Made by a program: the position numbers and the translations under genes
Assembly: GCA_965660855.1 (NCBI GenBank)
Contig: CBFIBM010000007.1
Span: 1 to 64,000 of the forward strand
Length of the DNA: 64,000 bases
Direction: 5' to 3'
Source of the DNA: an uncultured bacterium
GTDB taxonomy: Bacteria > Fidelibacterota > Marinisomatia > Marinisomatales > UBA1611
Notes under the pieces: model-generated
What the model saw: only the letters and a program-made list of their open reading frames with translations
Told to the model about the DNA's origin: nothing
Database searches by the model: none
Shown here: piece by piece, positions 52,193 to 62,800 of the stretch
Position numbering within the stretch: the first letter of the stretch is position 1
How the letters are laid out: every line of letters starts with the position of its first letter

Positions 52193-53741
52193 GAGAAATT
52201 ATAGTTTCGCAGTTTCTAAAATATCTTAAAATTATAATTTTATAAACTGATTTTTTTTTAAGAAAAAAAATATAAAAAAAATTAGTATAAAACAAAAAAT
52301 ACAGTAGCCTTAAATTTAATTTATCTTTTTTTATGAGTGCTATTTTTTTATTTTTTTTTATTTTTAATATTTTATAATTGTTTATCTAAACAAAAAATTT
52401 TTTACATTTTTTTTGGGGGAAATAGAATATTTTATTTGGGAAAAAAGTCACAAGATCTATTAGTTATAAAATCAGATAATTAATTAAAAGAATTCTAGAG
52501 TTTTTTTAATCAACATTTTTAATATAATTGAATTTTTATTTAAATGATGATAATAAAAAAAATAACTAAAATATAGTTTATAAGATTGTATATAATTTTT
52601 ACTTATTTGATATAATTAACACTTTTATTAATTATTTAATTATATGATTCAATATTGAATTATTTAGTTATTTTTTTGGTCAATGTATTTTATATAAAAT
52701 TCACTATTCTATTTGTCTTTTTTTTTTAACAGTGTACAATTTTTAGACATAAGAGTTCCTAAACAAATATATGTTTATTTCAATATAAAAATATGTTGAT
52801 ATAAAAGAATGTTTATAAATAAAATATTAAACATAATCAGAAAATGATATGGAATTATTTAATAGAATTTATTTTGATTATGAACTAAAGGTCGATGGAA
52901 AATTAATAAAAGATATAGTAAAAATATATTGACAAAACATTGACTTTTTTAAATGAATTATGGAAATAAAGAAAGATAGTATGTTTTTTAAAGAATAGTT
53001 AAACATTGACTATTATATCTTAATAAATCGAACAATTATCTTTTTTTATCAACTAATGAATTTATGTTTATTAAGTAGAAATATTATTTTATTTTTTAAT
53101 GAGATCATCATTAATGGTATAGAAATATTTTGAATAATAATAGATTGAAATAACTCTTAAAAATTAAGTATACATATATTAAAAGAGTACTGTTTGAAGA
53201 TTAAATCTCAATCTAGTTAAAACTGTAAATATATTATTGAATTAAATATTCAATATGTTTCAATAAAAAAATATAAGGAGATTGAAAAATTATTAAAAAA
53301 AATGTGGATATCTTAAATGAAAATAAAGATTATTATTATTTATAATTCTTATAATTATTTGACTAAATCTATGTATTATATTGGTACACTAGAATTAAAA
53401 TTAAAGTGTTCCTATAAATAAAATTACAAGGGGTTGGATATTTGTTTTTTCAAAAGATAATAAATGAGTTTTTTTTAAAGTTTTTTTTAATAATTAACAT
53501 ATGATTAATGAGGATTAGATAAGTTTATATTCTATGAAATTAATTATAAGTTTATAATGATGATATTATAATTATTTATAATATGACACTTGAAATATTT
53601 AAGATGATTTAGAAAAATAAAATAACATATTATTATCCCCAGTAGCACACTAAACAATTAATAGTTTTGTAATATTAAAAATAATTTTTATTATTTTTAA
53701 TAAATAATTCTAATAAATATATTTGTAAAAATTATTAATTA

Positions 53742-54276
53742 TTTGTGCTATTTATATATATTAAATATTTATTTCATGAATATTTAATTATATCTTGTAT
53801 CAATTATTTGTTATTTATCTAACTAAAATAAATTTTTTTAACAATATTATTTTAAATAATAGCACCTAATATTTATAATATGTAGATATATTATTTAGTT
53901 TTTCCATATAATTTTCATATAATCAATTCAATCTTACATATATAAATATTTTTAATATATGTATAATTGTATAAATAATTTGATATATAATTTTTTAGGA
54001 TATATCACTCTGGATTTTCAATATAATAGATACTCAATCAATAATTATTATTTTAAATAAACACATCTTTATAATGTGTAATTGAAAATTAAAAATTAAT
54101 TTATTTTTAAATATTATATCATATTTATCATGTAGATATTTAATATTTTTTAATGTTAAATATTCATTAAAATATCAAAATAACCATGATTATCTGATTT
54201 GAAAACACTTTTATTGACCATCAGATCAGATATATACACTTGTATTAAGTTTATTTTTTTTTGTGCTATTTATATA
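53742..54276 (+). repeat. 17-bp exact direct repeat TTTGTGCTATTTATATA (53742-53758, 54260-54276)
   Basis: Read directly from the sequence. Confidence 0.85.
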
Positions 54277-54488
54277 ATTTAAAAAAAATAGTTTAAATAA
54301 ATATTTTTTATAAAAATATAAAAAAGGTTATTTTTATACTCAATTTATGAAAATTAGTATGATATAACTTTTATAAATCTATAAATTTTATTCTACAATA
54401 GAAGATATATAAATTCAGTTATTTTAATATCTAATAATTTAATTTATATTAAGATTAATTATAATAGTGTGCTAAATTTAAAAGGTTT

Positions 54489-55208
54489 ATGAATATTTGT
54501 ATAAAAAATAATATAAAAAATTTTAAAGAAGTAAATTATTTAGAATTATTTGAATCAGTAAAAAAAAGTAATTATAAACATAATTTAGAAAACATGAAAT
54601 TCTCTGATACGATATTTAACTTTAAAAGATATCTCAAACCTAACTTGAATGAAATCCAATATGCAAATCTTGATCAGTTACCTAATCTTAATGAGGATAT
54701 TGAGAGAACAAGAAGAATCTATAAAAGGATTCAAGAATTCATACCAAAGAAAATTTTGCACATACAATCAGAGAAAATCACATTAGATAAACAATCCTTT
54801 CGATTAACTATTCAACAGTATAAAAAGTCTAATTCTTTGATAATGGATAAATTAAAAAAATGTAAAAATCAATCTAAAGAATATAATATAGAGATAAAAC
54901 ATAGGATACGATATGTATATAAGATCTATTCTTATGTAATACCTTCACTATACATAATTAAAAGACCATCATATAATGTGGTCCAGTGTAAATGGAAGTT
55001 TATGGGGTTAGTTCAAAAACAAATCCATTTAGGGACATTTAAAAAAGTAGGTTCTTTAAATGAGGAAATGTTAAAAAACATATCTATAAAAAAAATTAAC
55101 GAAAAGTATAACGGTTTCTTTGATAACCTATTATTAAAAAATATTCTTTTGGAAAAGAAAAAATTAACAAAATGGTGTAATGATATTAATTATAGATCAA
55201 AAAAATAA
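54489..55208 (+). CDS. hypothetical basic protein
   Basis: 239-aa Lys-rich ORF, convergent with the MTase gene (2-bp gap). Confidence 0.65.
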   Translation: MNICIKNNIKNFKEVNYLELFESVKKSNYKHNLENMKFSDTIFNFKRYLKPNLNEIQYANLDQLPNLNEDIERTRRIYKRIQEFIPKKILHIQSEKITLDKQSFRLTIQQYKKSNSLIMDKLKKCKNQSKEYNIEIKHRIRYVYKIYSYVIPSLYIIKRPSYNVVQCKWKFMGLVQKQIHLGTFKKVGSLNEEMLKNISIKKINEKYNGFFDNLLLKNILLEKKKLTKWCNDINYRSKK

Positions 55209-55210
55209 TT

Positions 55211-56629
55211 TCAATCAATTTTCAATGAGTTATTTATCCTTCTAATGGACAATTCAACAAATCTTTTATTTAATTCATAACCTATAAATTTTCTATTCAG
55301 TTCTAAAGAGACTATTCCGGTTGTACCACTTCCTGAAAACGGGTCTAAGATGGTATCTCCCTTTTTTGATCCACAATTTATTGGTAGGTGACATAATTCT
55401 TTTGGAAATACAGCTATATGTTCAATGTTTTCCATTCCAATCTTTTTACCAATAGGTTTGGAATGTTTAGATTGTTCAATAAAATCCAATGGGATTTTAC
55501 CTTTGCTGTTCTGTATTATTGATGTGTGTCTTTGAAATTTATCCTGGATAGTATAATGCCTAGGACTTTTAACTTGAATAGGATTTTCCTGTTTGTAGGG
55601 AACTCGAATTGAATCTGCATCGAAAAAATAATTATTTTTTTTTGTAAAAAAAAATATGAATTCATTTGATGTACCAAGTCTTGTTTTGACAGATTCTGGT
55701 TTTGGGTTAGTTTTATGCCATATAATACAATTTCTTTGTATCCATCCATTTCTCATCATTTCTATTGCAAATTGGTGAGGTATACTTGATAAACATCCAT
55801 TAATATATGTATCTCCAATAACAACCCAACAAGAACCATCATCAGATAAAACTCTGTAACATTCATTGAAAACTTCCATTAGGTTTTCAATGTATGCATT
55901 TACCGTATCTTCTAACCCGATTTGATTTTTATTACCATAATTCCTATGTGAATAATATGGTGGGGAAGTTAGAATCATATCTATGGACCTATCCTCCAAA
56001 TCAGACATGTTATTTGATGATTTATTAAAAATTTTAAAATCTTCATATTGAATTCTATCTGAGTCGTTTGAAATTTCTTCATTTTTAATAGTTTCTCTAA
56101 TTTTTTTTCTTTTAGCTTCAATATAAGATTGATTTATAGTTAGACTTCCTTTATCAATTAAATCAATGAGTGTTGGAAATACTTTATCTATATACATAAG
56201 TTTGTAGATTTTATCACCACTAATACTTAATTTTTTTGATAACTTTTCTCGATTTCCACTTCTGTTGATATCAACAGAAGTTAAATCTGATCTAAAACCC
56301 TGTCTTTTTTTATAATATTTTGATAATATTTTTATCTCATTCAATATTTCTCTTGATGTTTTTACTCTTTGTGAGTTATGTGATATTATATGTAGAGGTT
56401 CGTCTTCTAATTTCAAGTCTTTTATGACAACCTCTACCTCTTTAATATTAAGAGATCTTAATGCTTCTAACCTCCGGTTACCACTTAAGACCTCATTTTT
56501 TTTATTAATAACTAATGGTTCTAAAAGTCCAATTTCTATAATGGATTTCTTTAAAGTTTCAATATCAGATAATATATAAACCTTAGAATTGAATGGATGA
56601 TGTTTTAATTCTTTTAAATTGATTTTCAT
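55211..56629 (-). CDS. ParB N-terminal domain fused to beta-class DNA methyltransferase (probably N4-cytosine)
   Basis: ParB GLLEPL...SGNRR and an HTH-like segment. MTase motif IV TSPPY precedes motif I DPFSGSGTT. Confidence 0.88.
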   Translation of the reverse strand: MKINLKELKHHPFNSKVYILSDIETLKKSIIEIGLLEPLVINKKNEVLSGNRRLEALRSLNIKEVEVVIKDLKLEDEPLHIISHNSQRVKTSREILNEIKILSKYYKKRQGFRSDLTSVDINRSGNREKLSKKLSISGDKIYKLMYIDKVFPTLIDLIDKGSLTINQSYIEAKRKKIRETIKNEEISNDSDRIQYEDFKIFNKSSNNMSDLEDRSIDMILTSPPYYSHRNYGNKNQIGLEDTVNAYIENLMEVFNECYRVLSDDGSCWVVIGDTYINGCLSSIPHQFAIEMMRNGWIQRNCIIWHKTNPKPESVKTRLGTSNEFIFFFTKKNNYFFDADSIRVPYKQENPIQVKSPRHYTIQDKFQRHTSIIQNSKGKIPLDFIEQSKHSKPIGKKIGMENIEHIAVFPKELCHLPINCGSKKGDTILDPFSGSGTTGIVSLELNRKFIGYELNKRFVELSIRRINNSLKID

Positions 56630-57268
56630 TTTATAATTTTTGTAATTAGTACAACTGTAATAATAAATTGAAACTAAAAAAAATGCTAGATAATAATAAC
56701 TAAAAATTTGGAGTAATATTCTTTTATCTTTAATTAATTTTATTAAATAATAAAAATTTAAATACGAATTTAATTGGATTTTATTTTATCTTGAGAGATA
56801 ATTTTTTATAAATATATTTCTTTATAAATCATTATATATTAAGATTTAGTTATTCAAAATATCTAGATTTTCAATGAAAATGAACCCCAAAAGATCTCTA
56901 TAAGATTTTCTATTATATTGATTAATTTTGATCTTCGATTAATAGCCTCGAAATGAGGCATTACACAGAATTTTCATTTATTAGATTTTCGATAAAATAA
57001 TTAGAATCATTGTATAAAAATCTAATAAAGATGATATGAATAAATTTTTAAACTATTTTTTAAAAAAATGGGATTTATAAATTTTTTGAAAAAATTAATA
57101 AATTAGGATTTCTAATTTGATAAATGAGATATACTTTTTCTATATTTTATTTAAAATATAGAAGTAACTTTTTGTCAAAAAGTTTATCATTAAGAAGAGT
57201 GAAAAAAAATAAATTGTTGTCCAATTTAATTGTATTATACAACTAAAAAAAATTATTGATTTGAAATT

Positions 57269-57904
57269 TTAATTCTGGATATTTAAAGGCACTTGATAAT
57301 ATTTTGCTGACCTCCATCCACCATATATTTCACCTAAGTAAGTGTAAAAACAAATTCCAATAAAGATTGGTGTAAGAATTTTATTATCGCTTCTTATTAA
57401 ATTGTATGTAGTTGACCCATAAAGAAAAAACGACCAAAGACCGGAAATTCCATCAAATTTTCGACCTGCATAAAACCTTCCAGATCCAGGAATTAAAGTA
57501 GAAATAAGAGCTGCTAAAATTGGAGATTTATTTGAATGAATGTTTGATTTAATTATTACAGGGTCGATTATTCTTCCATCATTAGCATGAAAGGGTCGAT
57601 TTTGTATTAATTGATAATGATATGCTCTAGGATTACATCTAGTAATCCTTTCCGATGCAATTACCCCACCTCTTATAATTCCATATTTGTTTATAGCATC
57701 TGTTCCATAATTTGAACAACTAGGATAGAACTGACAATTAAATAAATTTGTATTGTAAGAAATTCTCTGCCATCCAGCAATTGGGATAAGACCTATTTTG
57801 TTCAATAACGAAACATTAGGTGATTTAATTAGAGAATCTGCTGGATATTTTTCTTGGGATAAAATAAATGAAAAGGTTATTAAAAAAAGGATTAATTGTT
57901 TCAT
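57269..57904 (-). CDS. YidD-like domain protein with N-terminal signal and C-terminal membrane domain
   Basis: CQFYPSCSNY...AI.KYG..RG......RI.RCNP; KSPILAALISTLIPGSG. Confidence 0.75.
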   Translation of the reverse strand: MKQLILFLITFSFILSQEKYPADSLIKSPNVSLLNKIGLIPIAGWQRISYNTNLFNCQFYPSCSNYGTDAINKYGIIRGGVIASERITRCNPRAYHYQLIQNRPFHANDGRIIDPVIIKSNIHSNKSPILAALISTLIPGSGRFYAGRKFDGISGLWSFFLYGSTTYNLIRSDNKILTPIFIGICFYTYLGEIYGGWRSAKYYQVPLNIQN

Positions 57905-57966
57905 GATAAAAATTAGTTATAAATAGTTTAATCTTAAACCTGTTAGTTTTTTAGATTTAAGGTGTT

Positions 57967-58293
57967 ATGGAATCCATTATAGAAACAATATTTTCTAATT
58001 CACTCTACATATTCATCACTGGGTTATTATTTTTATTTATTATTTATACCCTAATTAAAAAAATTTTAAAACTAACATTTTTTTTCTGCTTGTTATTATT
58101 TTTTTATTTATTGTACGTATATCATTTTAGTGGTGAATTTCCTAAATCCGTTGAAGAATTAAAAGAATCAGTTTCTAAAAATGCTGATAAGGTTAAAAAT
58201 ATTGCCACAGAATCAATTGATGAAGCAAAATCTAAAACTTCAAAAATTATTGAAAAGAAAGTTGATGAGAAAATAAATGAGATTTTTGAATAA
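57967..58293 (+). CDS. hypothetical membrane protein
   Basis: Two TM helices and a charged tail. Confidence 0.7.
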   Translation: MESIIETIFSNSLYIFITGLLFLFIIYTLIKKILKLTFFFCLLLFFYLLYVYHFSGEFPKSVEELKESVSKNADKVKNIATESIDEAKSKTSKIIEKKVDEKINEIFE

Positions 58294-58301
58294 AAATATT
58301 T

Positions 58302-58553
58302 TTAGGGTATCAGATTAAATAAAGAGTTCATTATTTTATACAGGATAATTGAATATATAAAAGCTAATGATAATAATGATCCAGGACTTATTCTTAATTG
58401 GACTCTATATTTACTGTATTTTTTCTTTTCATCGTATATACTTATAAGACTTTGTAAAGATATTTTACTTAAATAGATACAAATCAAATAAATAAAGATT
58501 AAAATAATATGATCGCTGAAGGAAAGGGAATATAACCATTCTGATAAATTCAT
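58302..58553 (-). CDS. hypothetical membrane protein
   Basis: Two TM segments; overlaps the Nudix stop. Confidence 0.6.
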   Translation of the reverse strand: MNLSEWLYSLSFSDHIILIFIYLICIYLSKISLQSLISIYDEKKKYSKYRVQLRISPGSLLSLAFIYSIILYKIMNSLFNLIP

Positions 58554-59173
58554 AATATTTCCTTTAAAATAAATTTAAATTCAGAAATGATTAAAGAAGT
58601 TGCACCCCATATTTTTTGACTTTTTAAATGGAAATATGGAACAAACGCTTTTCTTTTATTAAAATATCGTATCTCACTTTTTAAGTTCTGCTCATTGAGT
58701 AGATCTTTGATTGGAATTGAAAATATTTTTGAGACTTCTTCTTTTTGAAGGATTATATTAGGTTTTTTATTAATCCATCCAATGAATGGATATACTTTAA
58801 AATTAGAAATTGGAACATAAATAGGTGTTAGTTCACCAATTATTTTAATGGACTTAGATTTTATACCAATTTCTTCATAGGATTCTCTTAAAGATGCGTT
58901 TTCTGGTGATTCCTCTTTTTCAACCATTCCTCCAGGTAAAGAAATTTGACCTTTATGATTAGCGACATGTTTAGATCGTTTTGTTAAAAAAAAATTCCAT
59001 CCTGATTGATCTGGAAATAAACAGATTAAGACTGCTGCAATAGATGAACCTGTCAATGGTCGACTATTTTTTTTAAGATCTTTAAACCTTACTTTCATTA
59101 TATCATGAGATTTCTTTCCGGGTAAATCTTTCATTAGTTGCTGATTTAATGAATTAATAAATGTGTCAGTCAT
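58550..59173 (-). CDS. Nudix hydrolase, CoA pyrophosphatase (NudL-like)
   Basis: LTKRS....HKGQISLPGG, Nudix box ..SLRESYEEIG, IWGAT. Start set at ATG 59173. Confidence 0.88.
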   Translation of the reverse strand: MTDTFINSLNQQLMKDLPGKKSHDIMKVRFKDLKKNSRPLTGSSIAAVLICLFPDQSGWNFFLTKRSKHVANHKGQISLPGGMVEKEESPENASLRESYEEIGIKSKSIKIIGELTPIYVPISNFKVYPFIGWINKKPNIILQKEEVSKIFSIPIKDLLNEQNLKSEIRYFNKRKAFVPYFHLKSQKIWGATSLIISEFKFILKEIL

Positions 59174-59219
59174 ATCTTTTAAATTATTTAATTTTGATTC
59201 AAATTGATAAACAATAAAA

Positions 59220-59858
59220 ATGAAATATAAACATATAATTTGGGACTGGAATGGCACATTATTAGATGACTGTAAGGTTTGTGTAAAATCATTTAATCGG
59301 AGCTTAAAAAAAAGAAATCGTAGACCAATTAGTCTGGATAAATATAGATCAATTTTTACTTTCCCAGTAATAGACGCTTATAAAAAAGTAGGTTTTGATT
59401 TTAAAAAAGAATCATTTTCAAAAGTAAGTAATGAATTTGTTGAATTTTATGAAAAAAATTTTAAGAATGTATCTCTACATAATAATGCAAAAGAAATCCT
59501 TGAAAAAATAAGGTTACAAAATGTTACTCAATCTATTTTATCTGCTGGGAATCAAGATTTATTAAATAATTGGTTAAACCAACACAAAATTTTCAAAACA
59601 TTTCAAAATGTAGTTGGAGTCCAAAACCAACTTGCAAATGGGAAAATTGACCAGGGATTGAAATTAATAGAAAATTTAAAATTTAATAAAAAAGATATTG
59701 TTTTGATTGGAGATACTATACATGATAGTGATGTTGCTAAAAAAATGGATATTGAGTGTATTTTAGTAGATCATGGTCACGTAAATAATAAACGTTTAAT
59801 AAAAACTGGCAGGAGGGTATGCTCTAATATTAATAGTATTTTTGAATTAATAAACTGA
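59220..59858 (+). CDS. HAD family hydrolase
   Basis: WDWNGTLLDD, ILSA, K, IGDT.HD. Confidence 0.9.
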   Translation: MKYKHIIWDWNGTLLDDCKVCVKSFNRSLKKRNRRPISLDKYRSIFTFPVIDAYKKVGFDFKKESFSKVSNEFVEFYEKNFKNVSLHNNAKEILEKIRLQNVTQSILSAGNQDLLNNWLNQHKIFKTFQNVVGVQNQLANGKIDQGLKLIENLKFNKKDIVLIGDTIHDSDVAKKMDIECILVDHGHVNNKRLIKTGRRVCSNINSIFELIN

Positions 59859-62800
59859 GTCGGATATTTTTAATACATCATAGATGTCTATTTTCAGGTT
59901 ATAATCTAAATCTGCAACTAAGAACTCTTCTGGGGTTAAATTATTAAATCCTAAAATTGAATTTGAGCATAATAAAATATCTAATAAAGATACTACACCA
60001 TCACCATTTATATCACCTCTATTATTCAAAATGATATTTGGATCTATTGCTATTACTGTAATTGAAGACTCGTTCATTTCATCGTTTAATCCTGAAATTA
60101 AAAGATTAACCTCGTAGACTCCCGGTTCATTGCAATAAAAGTAAGGATCATCAGAATTTAAAATTATTTCATTATTAAAGGTCCAAGATTTATCTCCAAC
60201 AGGGCCAGTAGATTCATCAAAGAAATAGAAAAAATCAGGTATCATAATTATTTGGTTAACAACTTTTGGTATTGATACGAGATTAGAAAATGAACCAAAT
60301 GTAGTATTTTGAAGTTCTATCTTATCTTCAATTTCTGAAAACTGATCTGTATATATCTGGATATAATTATAATTATTAGGGTGAATAAAGTCTAATGGAA
60401 AAGATGGAAAAGGCATTAAGGAATCCCATTCAATTAAACCGACATCATCAAACCATGAAAAACTAATTCCGGTATCAGGTACTGAACTATTTAATCTAAT
60501 ATCAAAGAACTCAGCATTATCGGGGATAGAAATATTTTCCCAATATTTACGCCAAGGTGAATCACCATTAATAGAATCTTCTAAGGAAATCGTTTCAATA
60601 TTGTCACCAGTCCTGTTTATAGAACTTCGAAATTCAAGGGTAACATTTTTACCGTTATTCGTTTTGAGATATCCATGTAAAGTATATTCTAATTCGTTTT
60701 TTATAGGTATTTTTTCTTCAAAATTAGTGACAATATTTCCAGGAGAATCAGCATATCTTATATGCTGAGCAGCTGCATCACCTCTCCTAAAAACAGAATC
60801 TTGTATTCCTTCATTTGGACTATTAAAATTCCAAAGAGTACTACCTTCATTTTCAAAGTTATTCATCCAAACTTTTTCTTTTCCTAATCTGTAATAAATA
60901 ATATTTAAGTCACTATTTAAAACTCGAGATAAACTTCCTGCATTAGATAATTTTATTGGTATGGACTCATAAAGTTCGATGCCATTTATCGATAAAGTAT
61001 CTTTACTAGTTATCAATTTATTGTAATAAAAATTATTGGATTCCATTACGGTTGTATCCATAATTACATGAGCAATATTCGAATCTATATTCACATGTAC
61101 ATAAGTATCTAGTTTTCGTGATTTGTTTGCAACATCATTCAATATATAGTTTCCTAACTCTCCAGTAGCAGGTTTCGTTAAATAATCATCAATATATAAT
61201 GGAGAAATAGAATATTCGTAAATGCCTGTATCATTTGATTTACTGTTTAGAATCATAGAGGGGTAAGTCTCTGGATAATTTAAATCAAATATGAAATTAC
61301 CAAGAGAATGTGCAATTAACTTTTCATTGTAAACTTCGACACCCTGTATAATATGAGGGTGATGTACAATAACAAGATCAGCTCCTTCATCAATTGCAAA
61401 GTGACGGATAGCCCTATCCCACATTTGAGGTTGATCTAACCTTGTGGAATAATCCTCTTCTTCATCCAGATATGTTGTACTAAAACCTAAATTACTTGCA
61501 GGGTTGGATTTAATTCGAGCAAAATCATCCCTACTAGATGTATAATAATCATAATCACTACCAGGTTCAAAGGAGTACTCGCTTCCACTATGAAATTCTA
61601 TGACTATTAAATCAGATATGTCTTTAACAGATTCAATCTGTTTTCTTATATAATAAGGTGTCATATATGCAAAACCAGATTTATTTTCGCCAGCATTTAA
61701 ATAAGGTTGATAATTATTATATTGTCCGGTTCGATCACTTGAAGCAAGAAAAGAGATTGTTCTTCCATTAACTGATTTAAATGCTGGAAGGTATGCTTCT
61801 TGACTATTTAGTCCAGCTCCAGAAAAAATTATACCCGATTCTCTTAAAACATCTTGCGTTTGAATTAAACCAGATTCCATATAGTCTAAGATGTGGTTAT
61901 TAGCAATGCTTACAACATCAATTCCTGCATTAACCATGGCATTTACGCTATTAGGGTTTGCTTTAAATACAACACCTTTTGTTGGGTGAGGAGTATCATG
62001 GTTTGTTAAAGGAATTTCTAAGTTTGCTACGGTTATGTCAGCTGCAGAACCAAGAATTTCATATGTAGGCTCAAATAAAGCATCTGCACCTTGATTTGTA
62101 ACGATTCCATCTATATCTTCAAATCGTCTTCCTAACATGATATCTCCAATGAAGTTCATGGTAATAGCAGATGTATTACCATTTATGGAATCTAAAACTA
62201 TATCTTTGGAGTCCCAACCTATAAGGCCAGTTTCGTCTTCTACAACAAGAATAACTTTATATTGTATATTTTCTTGAGAATTAAATTGATGAATAGGGTT
62301 CTTTAAATTAGAATAATTTCCATCTCCAAAATCCCAATTATATGTAAAAAATTGAGAGTCCATATCTTCAATTATAGAAGAAAATGAAAAAGAATTTCGT
62401 GTATGTGAAGTTATTATATTAATATTATTTGTCTCAATTCTAACATTGGGAGGTATAGGCAAGTCTGATGTTATATTTCTAATAATGCTAAATCGAATAC
62501 TCCCTGGATTTGATAGTGAATCATCGTGTTCATTGACGAAAGTAATTTTTGTAATCACACTTAAACTATCATAAATAGACAACCAATCATCTCCTAAAGG
62601 CAGTCTATAAGAATTCCAATTGCTATTTTGGAATGCTCCTTGATAAACAGGTATCCAGTCTTCAATATTTAATAATTCAGTTCCAGAAAATGCATATCTG
62701 AGAATTTTATTTTCTGAATTTTCAAATAATACTCCTTGTATTTCAGATATACTATCAATTTTCACAAATATTTGTAGTATTGTCGACGAATCTATTTGAG

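Larger units (their letters stand above)
52193..57268. mobile_element. putative AT-rich genomic islet or degraded mobile element
   Basis: Abrupt drop in GC. About 2.9 kb is non-coding in an otherwise gene-dense genome. Cargo is a ParB-MTase and an orphan ORF. No integrase or att repeats seen. Confidence 0.5.

Noticed and set aside
52826..52853. dif site
   Set aside because: ATTAAACATAA resembles a XerD arm, but the XerC arm does not match; this is expected by chance in AT-rich DNA.
52936..53011. CRISPR-like repeat AAACATTGACT, two copies 65 nt apart
   Set aside because: Only two 11-bp copies, no further periodicity, no cas genes.
52335..54474. CIRCE (HrcA) elements
   Set aside because: GTGCTA resembles a CIRCE half-site, but no pair has the TTAGCACTC-N9-GAGTGCTAA arrangement and no chaperone genes are adjacent.
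2108..55749. Short ORF-track entries overlapping larger genes (e.g. 2108-2431, 4855-5283, 20135-20365, 34903-35208, 55516-55749)
   Set aside because: Antisense or alternate-frame shadows of well-supported genes, with no motifs.
52411..56892. Terminal inverted repeats TTTTGGGG / CCCCAAAA flanking the islet
   Set aside because: Only 8 bp, not extendable, and no transposase.
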